Assembly (NCBI RefSeq): GCF_000196555.1 | Contig: NC_015067.1 | Coordinates: 2,010,001-2,042,000, forward strand | Direction: 5' to 3' | Source of the DNA: Bifidobacterium longum subsp. longum JCM 1217 | Lineage (GTDB): Bacteria > Actinomycetota > Actinomycetes > Actinomycetales > Bifidobacteriaceae | DNA: 32,000 nt | Shown: positions 22,271 through 31,853 of the stretch, in pieces | How positions within the stretch are numbered: the stretch's first letter is position 1 | Layout: each line of letters starts with the position of its first letter | Notes under the pieces: model-generated | What the model was told of the DNA's origin: nothing | Seen by the model: the letters and a program-made list of their open reading frames with translations, nothing else | Database searches by the model: none | Made by a program: the position numbers and the translations under genes

Positions 22271-23665
22271 ATGGAGAAGTTCTTCCATTTGAAGGAAAAC
22301 GGCACGACCGTCTCGACTGAGATTCTGGCCGGCCTGACCACGTTCTTCGCGATGGCTTACATCATCGTCGTCAACCCGCAGATCCTGTCGCAGACGGGTA
22401 TGCCGTGGGGCGGCGTGTTCCTGGCCACCATCATCGCGGCCATCATCGGCACCCTGGTCATGGGCCTGTTCGCCAACGTGCCGTACGCCCAGGCCGCCGG
22501 CATGGGCCTCAACGCGTTCTTCACCTACACCGTGTGCTTCGGCCTCGGCTTCAGCTGGCAGCAGACCATGTGCATGGTGTTCCTGTGCGGCCTGATCAAC
22601 ATCCTCATCACCGTCACCAAGATCCGCAAGATGATCATCCTGGCCATCCCGGAGTCCCTGCAACACGCCATCGGCGGCGGCATCGGCCTGTTCGTGGCCT
22701 ACGTGGGCATGCTGAACGTCGGCCTGATCAAGTTCACTCCCGGCGATCCGAAGGCCGCCGCCAAGGGCGGTGCCGTTGCGGCTACCCCGGGTCTGGCCAA
22801 CTTCAACGACAAGGTGCTGTGGGTCTTCCTGATCGGCCTCGTACTGGCCATTGTGTTCACCGTGATGAAGGTTAAGGGCGGCATGCTGCTGGCCATCGCC
22901 ATCACCACCGTAATCGGCATCCCGTTCGGCGTGACCACCTGGTCCAACTCGCAGTCCATCAGCGAGACCTTCTCCCAGCTGCCGCAGACCTTCGGCGCGA
23001 TCTTCTCCGCCGAGGGCTTCCCGGCACTGTTCTCTGATCCGACCAAGCTGCCGCTGGTCATCGTGACCATCTTCGCCTTCTCCATGTCCGATACGTTCGA
23101 CACCCTGGGCACTTTCATCGGCACCGGCCGCCGCACCGGCATCTTCTCCGCCGAGGATGAGAAGGCTCTGGAGAACGGCCACGGCTTCTCCTCCAAGATG
23201 GACAAGGCCCTGTTCGCCGACTCCATCGCCACCTCCATCGGCGCCATCTGCGGCACCTCGAACACCACCACCTACGTCGAGTCTTCCGCCGGCATCGCCG
23301 CAGGCGGCCGAACCGGCCTGACCTCCGTGGTTGTGGCGATCTGCTTCGCCTTGTCCGCGTTCCTGGCCCCGGTCGTCTCCGCCGTGCCGTCCGCCGCAAC
23401 CGCCGGCGTGCTGGTGATCGTCGGCTGCATGATGGCCGCTTCCCTGAAGGAAGTCAAGTGGGACGACATCGCCGAAGCCATTCCGGCGTTCTTCGCCGCC
23501 GTGTTCATGGCCTTCTCCTACTCCATCTCCTACGGCATCGCCGGAGGCTTCATCATGTACTGCATCGTGAAGACCTGCAAGGGCAAGGCCAAGGAGGTTC
23601 ACCCGATCATCTGGACTGTGGCCGCGCTGTTCATTCTGGACTTCGTGTGCATGGCGATTCTGTAA
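22271..23665 (+). CDS. NCS2/AzgA-family purine (adenine/guanine/hypoxanthine) permease
   Basis: MEKFFHLKENGTTVSTEILAGLTTFFAMAYIIVVNPQIL...VPYAQAAGMGLNAFFTY is highly characteristic of PbuG/AzgA-type permeases. The RBS AAGGAAG is present. Confidence 0.88.
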   Translation: MEKFFHLKENGTTVSTEILAGLTTFFAMAYIIVVNPQILSQTGMPWGGVFLATIIAAIIGTLVMGLFANVPYAQAAGMGLNAFFTYTVCFGLGFSWQQTMCMVFLCGLINILITVTKIRKMIILAIPESLQHAIGGGIGLFVAYVGMLNVGLIKFTPGDPKAAAKGGAVAATPGLANFNDKVLWVFLIGLVLAIVFTVMKVKGGMLLAIAITTVIGIPFGVTTWSNSQSISETFSQLPQTFGAIFSAEGFPALFSDPTKLPLVIVTIFAFSMSDTFDTLGTFIGTGRRTGIFSAEDEKALENGHGFSSKMDKALFADSIATSIGAICGTSNTTTYVESSAGIAAGGRTGLTSVVVAICFALSAFLAPVVSAVPSAATAGVLVIVGCMMAASLKEVKWDDIAEAIPAFFAAVFMAFSYSISYGIAGGFIMYCIVKTCKGKAKEVHPIIWTVAALFILDFVCMAIL

Positions 23666-23718
23666 CGCTGATTGACAACGGATTAGCCTTTAAGGATTAA
23701 TCCGCCGCCATACGGCAT

Positions 23719-23750
23719 AAAGGCCGGGCTCTCACAAGGGCCCGGCCTTT
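23719..23750. terminator. Terminator of the permease gene (bidirectional-looking)
   Basis: AAAGGCCGGGC-tctcacaa-G(G)GCCCGGCCTTT has a 10-11 bp stem followed by GTTGTTG. It has A-run/T-run symmetry. Confidence 0.7.
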
Positions 23751-23905
23751 GTTGTTGCCACAGTGATCAACGCCCATGAGTACCTTCGATGATCATCCGC
23801 CATTCTTGATGCATGGGAATAGTTGTCAACCGACAACTAAACGTACATGGCGGCAGCACGAGTGCCTTATTCAACATCGAAATATGCAGCGCGAAGAAGC
23901 CGAAA

Positions 23906-23955
23906 AACCAAAAAGGCTTCTATACCGAATGAAACGGTATAGAAGCCTTTTGGTT
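23906..23955 (-). terminator. Strong terminator downstream of pnp
   Basis: aaaaggcttctatacc (23911-23926) and ggtatagaagcctttt (23936-23951) form a 16-bp perfect stem with a 9-nt loop. On the minus strand it is followed by TTTTTGGTTTTTC. Confidence 0.75.
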
Positions 23956-24090
23956 TGCGATCAAGCCCTTCTCGCCCGAGAGAAGCTAGAGAACGATCAG
24001 TCCTCGAATGCCGAACCGTTAAGCGGGAAGCCCTACGGGCTTCCCGTAGGTGAGGGAGCGGCTATGCCGCGACCGATCCGTGAGAGGGCT

Positions 24091-26832
24091 TTAGTCCTCG
24101 AACGGATCAAAGTCGCGACGGACGCGGCGACGCGGGCGCTCAGTACGCTCTTCGCGGTCGGCGCGGTAGTCGTCGTAGTTGTCGTCGGTGGCGTAGCGCG
24201 GGTTACGGTCCGAGCCACGGCCACGGCCACGGGAACCGCCACGGCGGTCATCACGATCGCCACGGTCATCGCGATCGGAAGAGCGACGGCGACGCGGACG
24301 ATCATCATCACGGGAGTCGCGAGCATCACGGTCATCGCGATCGTCGAAGTCACGGTCGGCAGAACGACGGCGACGCGGACGATCATCATCGCGATCATCG
24401 CGATCGAAGTCACGGTCATCGGAGCGACGGCGACGCGGACGGTCGTCGTAATCATCCTCGAAGTCATCGGAGCGACGGCGACGCGGACGGTCGTCACGAT
24501 CGTCGAAGTCACGGTCATCGCGATCGGAGCGACGGCCACGGCCGCCACGGCGATCGTCACGGTCACCACGGCCACGGCCGCCACGGCGGTCATCGCGATC
24601 GCCACGGCTCGGGCGGGCGTTGTTCTCCTGATCCTCGAAACCAGGAATGGCCAGGGAGATCTTGCCGCGATCATCGACACCCTGAACGATCACCTCAACG
24701 GTGTCGCCTTCCTTGAGCACGTCTTCGACAGCGTCAATACGCTCGCCGTTGGCCAGGTTGCGGATCTGGGAGATGTGCAGCAGGCCGTCAGTGCCGGGGG
24801 TGAGGTTCACGAAAGCGCCGAACGACGTGGTCTTGACGACCTTGCCGTTGTAGGTTTCGCCGGCCTCGGGCACGTGCGGGTTGGCGATGGAATCGATGAT
24901 GGACTTGGCCTTCTTAGCGGCCTCGCCACCCTCGGAGGAGATGAAGACGGTACCGTCATCCTCGATGGCAATTTCAGCGCCGGTATCTTCCTGAATCTGG
25001 TTGATCATCTTGCCCTTCGGGCCGATGACCTCGCCGATCTTCTCGACCGGAACGGTGGTGGTGATGATGCGCGGAGCGAACTCGCTCATCTCAGCCGGGC
25101 CGTCGATGCACTCGTTAATGACCTCGAGAATCGTGGCGCGGGCTTCCTTGGCCTGCTGCAAAGCGGCGGCCAGGATGTCGGCGGGGATGCCGTCGAGCTT
25201 GGTGTCGAGCTGCAGGGCAGTGATGAACTCGGAAGTACCGGCCACCTTGAAGTCCATGTCGCCGAAGGCATCCTCGGCACCCAGGATATCGGTGAGGGTC
25301 TTGAAGATGTGCTTGCCATCAACGTCGCCGGACACGAGGCCCATGGCGATGCCGGCAACCGGGGCCTTCAGCGGCACGCCGGCAGCCAAAAGGCTCAGCG
25401 TGGAGGCGCACACGGAACCCATCGAAGTGGAACCGTTGGAACCGATGGCCTCGGAGACCTGGCGGATGGCGTAGGGGAACTCTTCACGGCTCGGCAGCAC
25501 CGGCACGAGAGCCTTCTCGGCGAGGGCGCCGTGGCCGATCTCACGACGCTTCGGGGAGCCGACGCGGCCGGTCTCGCCAGTGGAGTACGGCGGCATCTCG
25601 TAGTTGTGCATGTAGCGCTTGGACTGCGGACCGGACAGCGCGTCGATCTGCTGCTCCATCTTGAGCATGTTCAGGGTGGTGACGCCCAGAATCTGGGTCT
25701 CGCCACGCTGGAACAGGGCGGAGCCGTGCACGCGAGGCACAATGTCCACCTCGGCGGACAGGGTGCGGATGTCGCGCAGGCCACGGCCGTCGATGCGGTA
25801 GTCCTCGGTCAGGATGCGGCGGCGCACGATCTGGCGCTGCAGCTCCTTGAAGGCGTTGCCCAGCTCCTTGTCCTTCTCGGCGTCGTCCATATCGGTGAAC
25901 TCGTTCGCGAGCACCTCGCGCACGTGCTCCTTGATCTCATGGATGCGATCCTGACGCGGCAGCTTCTCGGCGATGGAGAGCGCCTCGTCCAGATCCTTGT
26001 GAGCGATCTCGTCGATACGGGCATACAGCTCGTCGGTGTACTCCGGGAAGAGCTGGAATTCCTTGGTCTCCTTGGCGGCGATCTTCTTGAGCTCATCCTG
26101 AGCCTCGCAGATCACCTTGATGAACGGCTTGGCGGCTTCAAGACCACCGGCCACGACCTCCTCATCGGGCTTGGTCTGACCCTCGTCATAGATGAGGTGC
26201 CAGGCGTTCTTGCCGGCACCCGCCTCGATCATGGCGATGGCAACATCACCGTTCTCGATCACGCGGCCAGCGACCACAATCTCGAACACGGCGCGCTCAC
26301 GCTCACTCCAACGCGGGAAGGCGACCCACTGGCCGTCGATCAGCGCCAGACGCACACCGGAGACCGGGCCTTCGAACGGCAGGCCGGAGATCATAGTGGA
26401 GGCGGAAGCGGCGTTCAGGGCGATGACATCGTAAGCGTCATCAGGGTTCACGGCGAGCACGGTCTCGACGACCTGCACTTCGTTGCGCAGGGTGTGCGGG
26501 AACAGCGGGCGCAGCGGGCGGTCGATGATGCGGCAGGCGAGGATGGCCTCGGAGCTCGGGCGGCCTTCACGGCGGAAGAACGAGCCCGGAATCTTGCCGG
26601 CAGCGTACATCTTCTCTTCAACATCAACGGTCAGCGGGAAGAAGTCGTAGTTCTCCTTCGGGCTGGAACCGGCGGTGGTGGTGGACAGAATCATGGAATC
26701 GTCGTCGAGGTAGGCGGCCACAGCGCCATCGGCCTGCTGGGCGAGGCGGCCGGTCTCGAAGCGCAGCGTGCGCTTGCCAAACGATCCATTGTCGATTACG
26801 GCCTCAACGGCCTTGATTTCGGGACCCTCCAT
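24091..26832 (-). CDS. pnp: Polyribonucleotide nucleotidyltransferase (PNPase) with long Arg/Asp-rich C-terminal extension
   Basis: [38 protein letters not shown]... has two RNase PH domains, KH and S1 ([25 protein letters not shown]). A tail of about 184 aa of R/D repeats follows. Confidence 0.97.
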   Translation of the reverse strand: MEGPEIKAVEAVIDNGSFGKRTLRFETGRLAQQADGAVAAYLDDDSMILSTTTAGSSPKENYDFFPLTVDVEEKMYAAGKIPGSFFRREGRPSSEAILACRIIDRPLRPLFPHTLRNEVQVVETVLAVNPDDAYDVIALNAASASTMISGLPFEGPVSGVRLALIDGQWVAFPRWSERERAVFEIVVAGRVIENGDVAIAMIEAGAGKNAWHLIYDEGQTKPDEEVVAGGLEAAKPFIKVICEAQDELKKIAAKETKEFQLFPEYTDELYARIDEIAHKDLDEALSIAEKLPRQDRIHEIKEHVREVLANEFTDMDDAEKDKELGNAFKELQRQIVRRRILTEDYRIDGRGLRDIRTLSAEVDIVPRVHGSALFQRGETQILGVTTLNMLKMEQQIDALSGPQSKRYMHNYEMPPYSTGETGRVGSPKRREIGHGALAEKALVPVLPSREEFPYAIRQVSEAIGSNGSTSMGSVCASTLSLLAAGVPLKAPVAGIAMGLVSGDVDGKHIFKTLTDILGAEDAFGDMDFKVAGTSEFITALQLDTKLDGIPADILAAALQQAKEARATILEVINECIDGPAEMSEFAPRIITTTVPVEKIGEVIGPKGKMINQIQEDTGAEIAIEDDGTVFISSEGGEAAKKAKSIIDSIANPHVPEAGETYNGKVVKTTSFGAFVNLTPGTDGLLHISQIRNLANGERIDAVEDVLKEGDTVEVIVQGVDDRGKISLAIPGFEDQENNARPSRGDRDDRRGGRGRGDRDDRRGGRGRRSDRDDRDFDDRDDRPRRRRSDDFEDDYDDRPRRRRSDDRDFDRDDRDDDRPRRRRSADRDFDDRDDRDARDSRDDDRPRRRRSSDRDDRGDRDDRRGGSRGRGRGSDRNPRYATDDNYDDYRADREERTERPRRRVRRDFDPFED
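24094..24645 (-). repeat. Coding tandem repeats ([14 protein letters not shown] units and [12 protein letters not shown] units) in the pnp 3' end
   Basis: The protein tail reads [26 protein letters not shown]...[52 protein letters not shown]...[15 protein letters not shown]...[11 protein letters not shown]. The DNA shows repeated cgacggcgacgcggacg blocks. Confidence 0.9.
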
Positions 26833-27061
26833 AGGGTTCCTCCTTCTTTAATTTTCTAATTATTCCTACATACTGTGCTGCGGTTCGGCGACTCGCTTGA
26901 ACCGCAACTGTCCTCTTCAGCGGACGTCACATACCTTGTTTCGACTGACCCCTTGGCCGTCGTTCCTCGTGTCAACCCCTTCATTCGGGTTCTCCTGTCG
27001 GCCTTACCTGCTGGCCTATCCTCTAACCCTCTTGCCGTTGTTGCCGTTGGCTGGCGATATG

Positions 27062-27096
27062 TAAAACGCCCGAGCACCATCCTAGGTACTCGGGCG
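27062..27096 (-). terminator. rpsO terminator/attenuator at the head of the pnp leader
   Basis: The minus strand reads CGCCCGAG-N14-CTCGGGCG followed by TTTTAC, 12 nt after the rpsO stop. Confidence 0.7.
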
Positions 27097-27107
27097 GAAG
27101 TCTTCAA

Positions 27108-27377
27108 TTATCGACGCAGACCCAGACGCTCGATGAGGGAACGGTAACGGTTGATGTCAACGCGCTTGAGGTAGTCAAGCAGGCGACGACGGTCACCGAT
27201 CATCAGCTGCATACCACGACGGGAGTGGTGGTCGTGCTTGTGCTCCTTGAGGTGCTCGGTCAGATCAGCGATACGCTTGCTCAGCAGAGCAACCTGGACC
27301 TCCGGAGAGCCGGTGTCACCTTCATGGGTCGCGTACTTAGCGATGATTTCCTGCTTTTCTTCAGCCGTCAGTGCCAC
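27108..27377 (-). CDS. rpsO: 30S ribosomal protein S15
   Basis: [73 protein letters not shown] start with AAGGAGG 6 nt upstream. Confidence 0.97.
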   Translation of the reverse strand: MALTAEEKQEIIAKYATHEGDTGSPEVQVALLSKRIADLTEHLKEHKHDHHSRRGMQLMIGDRRRLLDYLKRVDINRYRSLIERLGLRR

Positions 27378-27461
27378 GGCATCCTCCTTATATTGCTGCG
27401 CGGTGCTACCGGCCCGATGCCGGCGCGCTCTCTATCCGCGGGCGAAATACGCCAAGGGTCA

Positions 27462-27467
27462 ATTATA
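27462..27467 (-). promoter_or_regulatory. Candidate -10 (TATAAT) of the rpsO promoter
   Basis: The minus strand reads cctgTATAATtg about 85 nt upstream of the rpsO GTG. Confidence 0.4.
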
Positions 27468-27545
27468 CAGGAGCACCAGACACCACGAATCAGACCAACG
27501 TCAGCAGGCCGCCAAACATCACAACAAGCAAAGCAATCGTCTCAA

Positions 27546-28229
27546 TCACAAAAAAAAGATAAACGACGCCCAACTGCGCGTCAGCACATTCAACGGCGAC
27601 TCTTTTTTAATCGTCACCAACAATCCCACCCACAGCACCGCGAAAACGGCAACGCCAATACCAACTGAAATAATGCCAAGATTCGCCGCATTCGCCAATG
27701 CCGACGACTCTCCGTACACCACATATGTCGCATACCAAAAATCAATTTTCAGAATGCGCAGGCCGGCAATGAGTTGCTCCGCCGCCAAGCCAATCACAAA
27801 AACCGCGCCCCACAAGCGCCGATGGGCGTCAACAACCAGCAGACCAAGGCCGGAAACGGCAATCAGCGTCACCGTCCAGGCAACAAACGCGGCGCCGCGC
27901 GGCTCAAGCGCGCTCAAATTATCAAGCAGCCACTGCGTATCGTTCACCGCAATCGCACGCCCCCACCAATACGGCACCACAATGGCCGCAATCACCAGCA
28001 GCGCATAAGCCAGCCACAATGCAGGATGCGAGCGCTTACGCTCAATATCGGCCAGCGACAGCGTCGATTCGGGAATGGACGCCACCGGATGCTTGGAAAC
28101 ATCGTTATGTTTGGAAACATCGTTGGGCATGGGCGAAACACCATCGGACCGCGTATCGATTTCAGCCTGCACCTCACCGCTCGCCTGCTGGTCGACCGGC
28201 TGTTTCTCCACGCTGGAATTCACCGCCAT
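27546..28229 (-). CDS. Hypothetical integral membrane protein (4 predicted TM helices)
   Basis: A hydrophilic N-terminus is followed by hydrophobic segments LWLAYALLVIAAIVVPYWW, FVAWTVTLIAVSGLGLLVV, WGAVFVIGLAAEQLIAGL and LGIISVGIGVAVFAVLWVGLLV. No family was recognised. Confidence 0.5.
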   Translation of the reverse strand: MAVNSSVEKQPVDQQASGEVQAEIDTRSDGVSPMPNDVSKHNDVSKHPVASIPESTLSLADIERKRSHPALWLAYALLVIAAIVVPYWWGRAIAVNDTQWLLDNLSALEPRGAAFVAWTVTLIAVSGLGLLVVDAHRRLWGAVFVIGLAAEQLIAGLRILKIDFWYATYVVYGESSALANAANLGIISVGIGVAVFAVLWVGLLVTIKKESPLNVLTRSWASFIFFL

Positions 28230-28754
28230 CTACGTTTACCTCGCGTTCGTTGTTCGACGCCACACCTGTCTGCACAATGCGTCGTCTCATGCCGCGACGC
28301 CCATGCTAGGACGGTATTGTATCGTGAGTGCGCCATACGATAATGACATGGCGCCGGACATAACGCCGCAATACCTGATTTTCGCTAATCGCAACCATGC
28401 TTCGGCGGACGACATAAGCCATACATATGTTCATAAGGGCGAACCATATCCGAATTACTCACTCCGCTAACATCACCACATAACGGCAACATAGATACAC
28501 AGCCATACTTGATATCAGGAGAACGCCGTCGATTCGAAATGAAAACTGCCAGCCGCCCACACACCAGCTCCTTTGTTTCCAAAATCGCACATTCTACGCC
28601 GATGTCATGCTCCACCATGTCTCACGCCGCGGTCTCAACATAACAGGATGGGTTGTACGAATCCACGTTGCCGAGCATTCGCACAACCCACCATTGCGAC
28701 ACATCACTGATTCCGCACATTCAATCGCTGCAACCAACAGGCTGCGGCGATATT

Positions 28755-31631
28755 TCAGCGCGAAGAGCGGCGTATCCGAATGACACTGATGCCAGCCAGC
28801 ATCAGGGCAATTGCAGACAGCACCATCGGTGTTACGGACGAACCAGTTGATGACAGTTCAGATGAATTATCATCAGCAGTAGAAGACTGTTGCTGGCCGC
28901 CATCACCGGTCTGATCGCCGTTACCCGACTGGTTACCGTCACCGGTCTGATCACCACCACCAGGATTTCCGCCATCACCAGACTGACGGTCAACCGCCAA
29001 TTGCGCGAGCTGCAAACTCAGTGCACGCTGCGGGGCATCCACCTCATTTTGCGTGGAAGGATCGGATGCCAACGCCTGCTTTGCCTTATCAAGTAGCGTG
29101 AGCATCTTATCCCACTCATCCATAGGATATTCCGCAGACTGCAGAGAGTCAGCCTGATCAATGGCCGAACGCAGCTTAGACGTATCCACAGCTTTGCCGT
29201 CAGAAGTCAACACGTCGCTCAAGTCATAGTAATCAAAATCGACATAACCACCCGTATTCTCCTTGGCGTAATTGAACAAGCCGATTCGATACCCCTTAAA
29301 GTGCGACAAGCTCCAATCGTAAGTCAGCGGCCCCTGCTCGTCGCCAAGCTTGGACCATTGCTTACCGTCCAGACTGTACCAATACTGAATCGTCAACTTA
29401 CCACTCGCATTATCCAGTGTGTTGTCCGACTTGATCCACACATTGGTCGCATCATCTGGCAATGTCACTGTGCCGCCCGATACAAAGGCCTCTTCAGCGT
29501 CACGATCAATCGTATCGTCAACGATATTACCGTCCGCGTCCTTCACGCCATTGTCGTAGACACGCTTGACCACGCCCAACGTTCGCTGTCCATTTTCTTG
29601 ACGCACAGCGGCATAGGCAAAACTACGGGTATATGTAGCGAGGCCTGCGGTGTCTCCATCCTTCATATGACTGACATCCATGTGGGTTTCCACAGACATG
29701 GATCCGCCAAAGGTACGCTGCGACAAAACGTTACGGGCGGTTTCAAAATATGTCAGGTCGCCATAAGTGCCTTTCATATATTTGGCCGTGGCGGAAACCT
29801 TGTGCCCATTGGTCAAACGCAACCAGCCTTCACGATCAGTGAGAGACCAATATCGGTTATCTGGATTATGTCCCCATTCCCATACCAAATCAAGATTCGA
29901 ACCATTGGGTTGGTATTCTTCGGCGACCGGATATTCCTTCTCATCAGCAAGACCGATCAGGGAAATATCGTCGATGACGTAATCCATGCACGTGCCTTCC
30001 GCACCCCACGCGGTTTCGACAATGAGTTTGGAACCTTCCACATTAGCGTCGGATGGGATGGAGAACTCACCTGTGATAGTAGTCGTCTCCCCACGTTTCA
30101 CTGTTCCTGTGGCCACACGATTAATTGTGCCGTCTGCATATTGAATCGCCACATAAAACAGGTGGGAAGTCACAGCCGATGAATCGACGCCGTCCATCTC
30201 ATGGTCGTATCGAATCGTTGCACTGGCACGATATGTCACGCCCTGCTGCAATTTTCCATCCATAGATTGACCCGGGCCAGCGCCATTGTATTCGCCACGA
30301 TTCGTCACAGCAAGACTCGTGGTTCCAGAAAGAGAACCATCCGTAATCGCGGTAAGCGTACCATTCCACTGAGGGGTCCACGATTCAGTCCCGTTTTCGA
30401 AATCGCCATTGTCCACCAGCTCGATTCCAATCAGAGAATCGTCAACCTGAGGAGGCTCCTCCAGAGTCCACCAATCCTGATCCTGATAAGACTGATGAGG
30501 CGCGTCATTATCAAAATCGTCCGAATTGACCAGGGAACGCTGGCGAACCAGATTCTCCAAATCAGCAGGCAAATCAATCAGTTTGTCGTAGGTGTCCGAC
30601 GCGCTTACCTGATTATTGTCCCCAAACACAGGCCATCCGTCATCACCCCACGTTGCAGGAATCAAACCGGGAATACGTCCGGTCGGATATGTGTCTCGGA
30701 AGAAGAATCCATGCCAAGACGTCGTGCCATCACCGTTGTCGACTTCAACAAGGCTACCTTGTGCGAAAGCACCTAGATAATACTTTTTGGCTTCGTATTT
30801 GGAGCCATCAAGCAAATCAGTGGTGCGCAGCAGCATCACCATACGACCGTCTTTGCCCCAGTAAATCGTTGGAGTATAGAAATAATCACCGATTTTGAAA
30901 GTCTGAGATCCTTCAAATCCGGTAGGAGTCTCACCAAGATCATCAGTGAACTGTTCGGCAGAGATGATATTCTCATGGCTCTCCACCACCGTGGTTAAAT
31001 CATCGGACAGCCTATATTGGTTGACGCCGGAGATAATCCAAGGACTCCCTTGCTCATCAAAATACAATGACGGATCATGGAATCCCCGATTAAGGGCAAT
31101 CTTCGTCCAAGGACCATTCTCAATATCATCGGTGTAGTAGATATAAGCGCCATTAAGGTTGTTCGTATTGAATAACACGTAGAAGCGGCCATTGTGATAG
31201 CGCAGCGACGGAGCCCACTCGCCTTCGCCATACGAGCTAGCTCCATTGCGCAAGGATGAAGCATCGCTCATAGAAATGCGATCATACACGTACGTGACTA
31301 TCCACCAATTGACCAGATCATAGGATTTCATAATTGGAGATCCGGGACTGAGCTCCATAGTGGTACTCACCATGTAATACACATCACGACCGTCTTTGTT
31401 ATTCGGATCGTCCTTCGACACACGAATAACACTGATATCCGGAACATCCGTGTTCAACATGGGAATGGAATACGTGCCATCACCGCTATCAGTCGTGGTG
31501 TAACTGCCATCCGATGGCGTTGAAGATGGCGTTGAATCATCCGCAAAGACCGGCATTGGCGCCAAAATCAACCCACAAGTCGACAACACCGCGATAGCAC
31601 TAGCCGAAATTTTTTGTCGTAAATAATTCAT
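28755..31631 (-). CDS. Secreted, cell-wall-anchored multidomain glycoside hydrolase family 43 (arabinofuranosidase/xylosidase-type)
   Basis: Signal peptide MNYLRQKISASAIAVLSTCGLILAPMPVFA. GH43 core DVPDISVIRV..D....YYMVSTTM..SPGSPIMKSYDLVNW...EWAPSLRYHNGRFYV. A CBM4/9-like module follows (VDNGDFENGTESW), then a GH43 C-terminal beta-sandwich, a FIVAR-like helical module and a G/D/Q/N linker. It ends LSSTG plus a hydrophobic helix plus RIRRSSR, which is a sortase-type sorting signal. Confidence 0.85.
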   Translation of the reverse strand: MNYLRQKISASAIAVLSTCGLILAPMPVFADDSTPSSTPSDGSYTTTDSGDGTYSIPMLNTDVPDISVIRVSKDDPNNKDGRDVYYMVSTTMELSPGSPIMKSYDLVNWWIVTYVYDRISMSDASSLRNGASSYGEGEWAPSLRYHNGRFYVLFNTNNLNGAYIYYTDDIENGPWTKIALNRGFHDPSLYFDEQGSPWIISGVNQYRLSDDLTTVVESHENIISAEQFTDDLGETPTGFEGSQTFKIGDYFYTPTIYWGKDGRMVMLLRTTDLLDGSKYEAKKYYLGAFAQGSLVEVDNGDGTTSWHGFFFRDTYPTGRIPGLIPATWGDDGWPVFGDNNQVSASDTYDKLIDLPADLENLVRQRSLVNSDDFDNDAPHQSYQDQDWWTLEEPPQVDDSLIGIELVDNGDFENGTESWTPQWNGTLTAITDGSLSGTTSLAVTNRGEYNGAGPGQSMDGKLQQGVTYRASATIRYDHEMDGVDSSAVTSHLFYVAIQYADGTINRVATGTVKRGETTTITGEFSIPSDANVEGSKLIVETAWGAEGTCMDYVIDDISLIGLADEKEYPVAEEYQPNGSNLDLVWEWGHNPDNRYWSLTDREGWLRLTNGHKVSATAKYMKGTYGDLTYFETARNVLSQRTFGGSMSVETHMDVSHMKDGDTAGLATYTRSFAYAAVRQENGQRTLGVVKRVYDNGVKDADGNIVDDTIDRDAEEAFVSGGTVTLPDDATNVWIKSDNTLDNASGKLTIQYWYSLDGKQWSKLGDEQGPLTYDWSLSHFKGYRIGLFNYAKENTGGYVDFDYYDLSDVLTSDGKAVDTSKLRSAIDQADSLQSAEYPMDEWDKMLTLLDKAKQALASDPSTQNEVDAPQRALSLQLAQLAVDRQSGDGGNPGGGDQTGDGNQSGNGDQTGDGGQQQSSTADDNSSELSSTGSSVTPMVLSAIALMLAGISVIRIRRSSR

Positions 31632-31802
31632 AAGTCTTTTAAACTTTCATGATAAGCACTCAACATCGAGTGCGTATTCCAATAGCATGTCCGCACAAAT
31701 CAGCAATGAATGACGATAAGACATTCCCGCATATGGATAAGTGATGGACATTACCACTGCCAAAACTTACGCTTGAACAAGTACCAGTTCTAGGTTTCAT
31801 GT

Positions 31803-31839
31803 GCGGTCATCCCGAGGCTGCCGCTACGGGATGACCGCA
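31803..31839 (-). terminator. Hairpin downstream of the partial anchored-protein gene
   Basis: gcggtcatcccg-N13-cgggatgaccgc has a 12-bp perfect stem. No clear T tract follows, so terminator function is uncertain. Confidence 0.35.
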
Positions 31840-31853
31840 TTACCAAGAGGTAA

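Noticed and set aside
22181-23602. 473-aa minus-strand ORF antisense to the NCS2 purine permease
   Set aside because: It has the same G/D/H/A-rich shadow-ORF character, and the plus-strand permease has the diagnostic N-terminal motif and a good RBS.
24094-24645. Non-coding minisatellite or CRISPR-like repeats downstream of pnp
   Set aside because: The repeats are in frame with pnp and encode a coherent R/D-rich tail ending in a proper stop followed by hairpins. They are coding repeats.
23776-26859. 1027-aa plus-strand ORF, longer than the pnp gene it overlaps
   Set aside because: It is antisense to an unmistakable PNPase. The product is a monotonous G/A/V/D/L/H-rich sequence with runs such as ATATRT and IIAI that mirror the pnp R/D repeats. 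This is a typical high-GC shadow ORF.
28385-28618. 77-aa minus-strand ORF in the low-GC spacer
   Set aside because: There is no RBS context and no family resemblance, and the composition is Cys/Arg/Gly-rich. It is treated as non-coding pending a blastx search.
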